43,817 nt of DNA, taken from IMG/VR virus record IMGVR_UViG_3300016669_000015, positions 1 through 43,817 of that record; one strand, given 5' to 3'. Source of the DNA: a virus. Its lineage: Duplodnaviria; Caudoviricetes. The notes under the pieces are model-generated. The model ran no database searches and was not told where the DNA came from. It saw only the letters and a list, made by a program, of their open reading frames with translations. The position numbers and the translations under genes were made by a program. Positions 43,032 to 43,817 of this stretch are shown piece after piece; positions within the stretch are counted from its first letter, which is position 1, and each line of letters begins with the position of its first letter.

Positions 43032-43627
43032 GCATCGCCACCAAAGAGGCCCTGACCGCCGACACCTTCAGCGACTTCGTGCGGCGCCTGCGTCACCATG
43101 TCCGGGGCGAAGGCGTGAACTGGCACCACACAGCCGATGCCCTGTTCACGGTGCAGGCGCGCCAGATCGACTTCGGCATCGACCCTGCCTATGCCGAGAA
43201 GCTGGCCGTGGCCATCGAAGACAACATGTACTTCAGTCCGCAGGAATATTGGGATAGCTGCGACGCTGAGTTTCGCACGCACCTGGATGGCCTCGCGCAG
43301 GAAGATCACGACGGCCCGTTCCTCGCGCTGGACGAATGCGACCAGTGGGAAATCCTCGGTGCGCTGGACGACCACACCGTTTCAGGCTGGAGCGAACGCT
43401 GGGAGCATGTGAACTCGCATTTTACGAAGGAGGCCGCCGAGGCATTCATCCAACGCAAGATGCACGACTACCGCAGGGGGATGCGTGTCTACGTGGAGGC
43501 CCAGGTCTACTGCTGGGAGTTCAACGCCATCATCGCCGGCCTGATGGACGGCCTCATCGTATTCAAGGACACCGACGAAAGACCAACTGATTTAGTTAGT
43601 AAGGAGAAACAAGATGGAAGGAGCTAA
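43028..43627 (+). CDS. Hypothetical acidic early protein
   Basis: GAAGG RBS, GTGA overlap; HHTADALFTVQ...WEHVNSHFTKEAAEAFI. Confidence 0.75.
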   Translation: MSIATKEALTADTFSDFVRRLRHHVRGEGVNWHHTADALFTVQARQIDFGIDPAYAEKLAVAIEDNMYFSPQEYWDSCDAEFRTHLDGLAQEDHDGPFLALDECDQWEILGALDDHTVSGWSERWEHVNSHFTKEAAEAFIQRKMHDYRRGMRVYVEAQVYCWEFNAIIAGLMDGLIVFKDTDERPTDLVSKEKQDGRS

Positions 43628-43817
43628 ACGACTTCTACGGCTGCCGGCCGTGATGGACATGGTGGGCATGGCACGCAGCACGATTTATAAGCGGATCAGC
43701 GCTGGTACCTTCCCTGCACCTGTCCAACTTGGGCCACGGGCGGTAGCGTGGGAAGAAATGGCAATCGCTAAATGGCAAGGCGGGCTGCAAACAGGCGTGA
43801 AGAAGTCAGCCGTTTGA
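43614..43817 (+). CDS. alpA: AlpA-family regulator, probable excisionase/recombination directionality factor
   Basis: LLRLPAV...GMARSTIYKRI..GTFPAPVQLGPRAVAW; TAAGGAG RBS. Confidence 0.92.
   Translation: MEGAKRLLRLPAVMDMVGMARSTIYKRISAGTFPAPVQLGPRAVAWEEMAIAKWQGGLQTGVKKSAV

Larger units (their letters stand above)
1..43817. mobile_element. Lambdoid temperate prophage (HK97-like head, siphovirus tail), apparently intact
   Basis: Integrase, lysis, tail, head, packaging, Q, replication, cI/cro and early modules all present in canonical lambdoid order; no obvious broken essential gene. Confidence 0.97.

Noticed and set aside
1-43817. attL/attR, CRISPR array, reverse transcriptase/DGR, invertase, IS element
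   Set aside because: None seen by eye; the window is cut at the int start and alpA stop, so att sites fall outside

Overview
The window is one apparently complete temperate lambdoid (HK97-like head, long non-contractile tail) prophage in a GC-rich betaproteobacterium; a Massilia-like host is my inference from sequence style, not a database result. It runs from a P4-type tyrosine integrase (1..1206) to an AlpA-family excisionase-like gene (43614..43817), and the att sites lie outside the window. The minus strand carries the PR operon (cro, cII-like, replication initiator with internal iterons, Rha/KilAC antirepressor, repeat-rich C5 DNA methyltransferase, DUF1364, RusA, Q-like) followed by the late operon (HNH, cos, terminases, portal, Clp protease, capsid, head-accessory cluster, connector, tail with a -1 frameshift chaperone, tape measure, a three-gene tail tip, lysis cassette). 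The plus strand carries cI and the PL operon. Five 16-bp operators and twin PR/PL promoters can be read directly. The most notable accessory items are: a second Zn-ribbon HNH nuclease next to cos with a consensus LexA box just before its start; a BNR beta-propeller virion-gene candidate paired with an O-acyltransferase moron inside the head cluster; an HEPN plus non-MNT partner pair; a PIN plus unknown partner pair in the rexAB position; a pseudo-receiver protein; a tRNA-like element in the late leader; and a double-hairpin PL leader in a phage with no recognisable N gene. All family calls come from motif recognition by eye, with no searches run.
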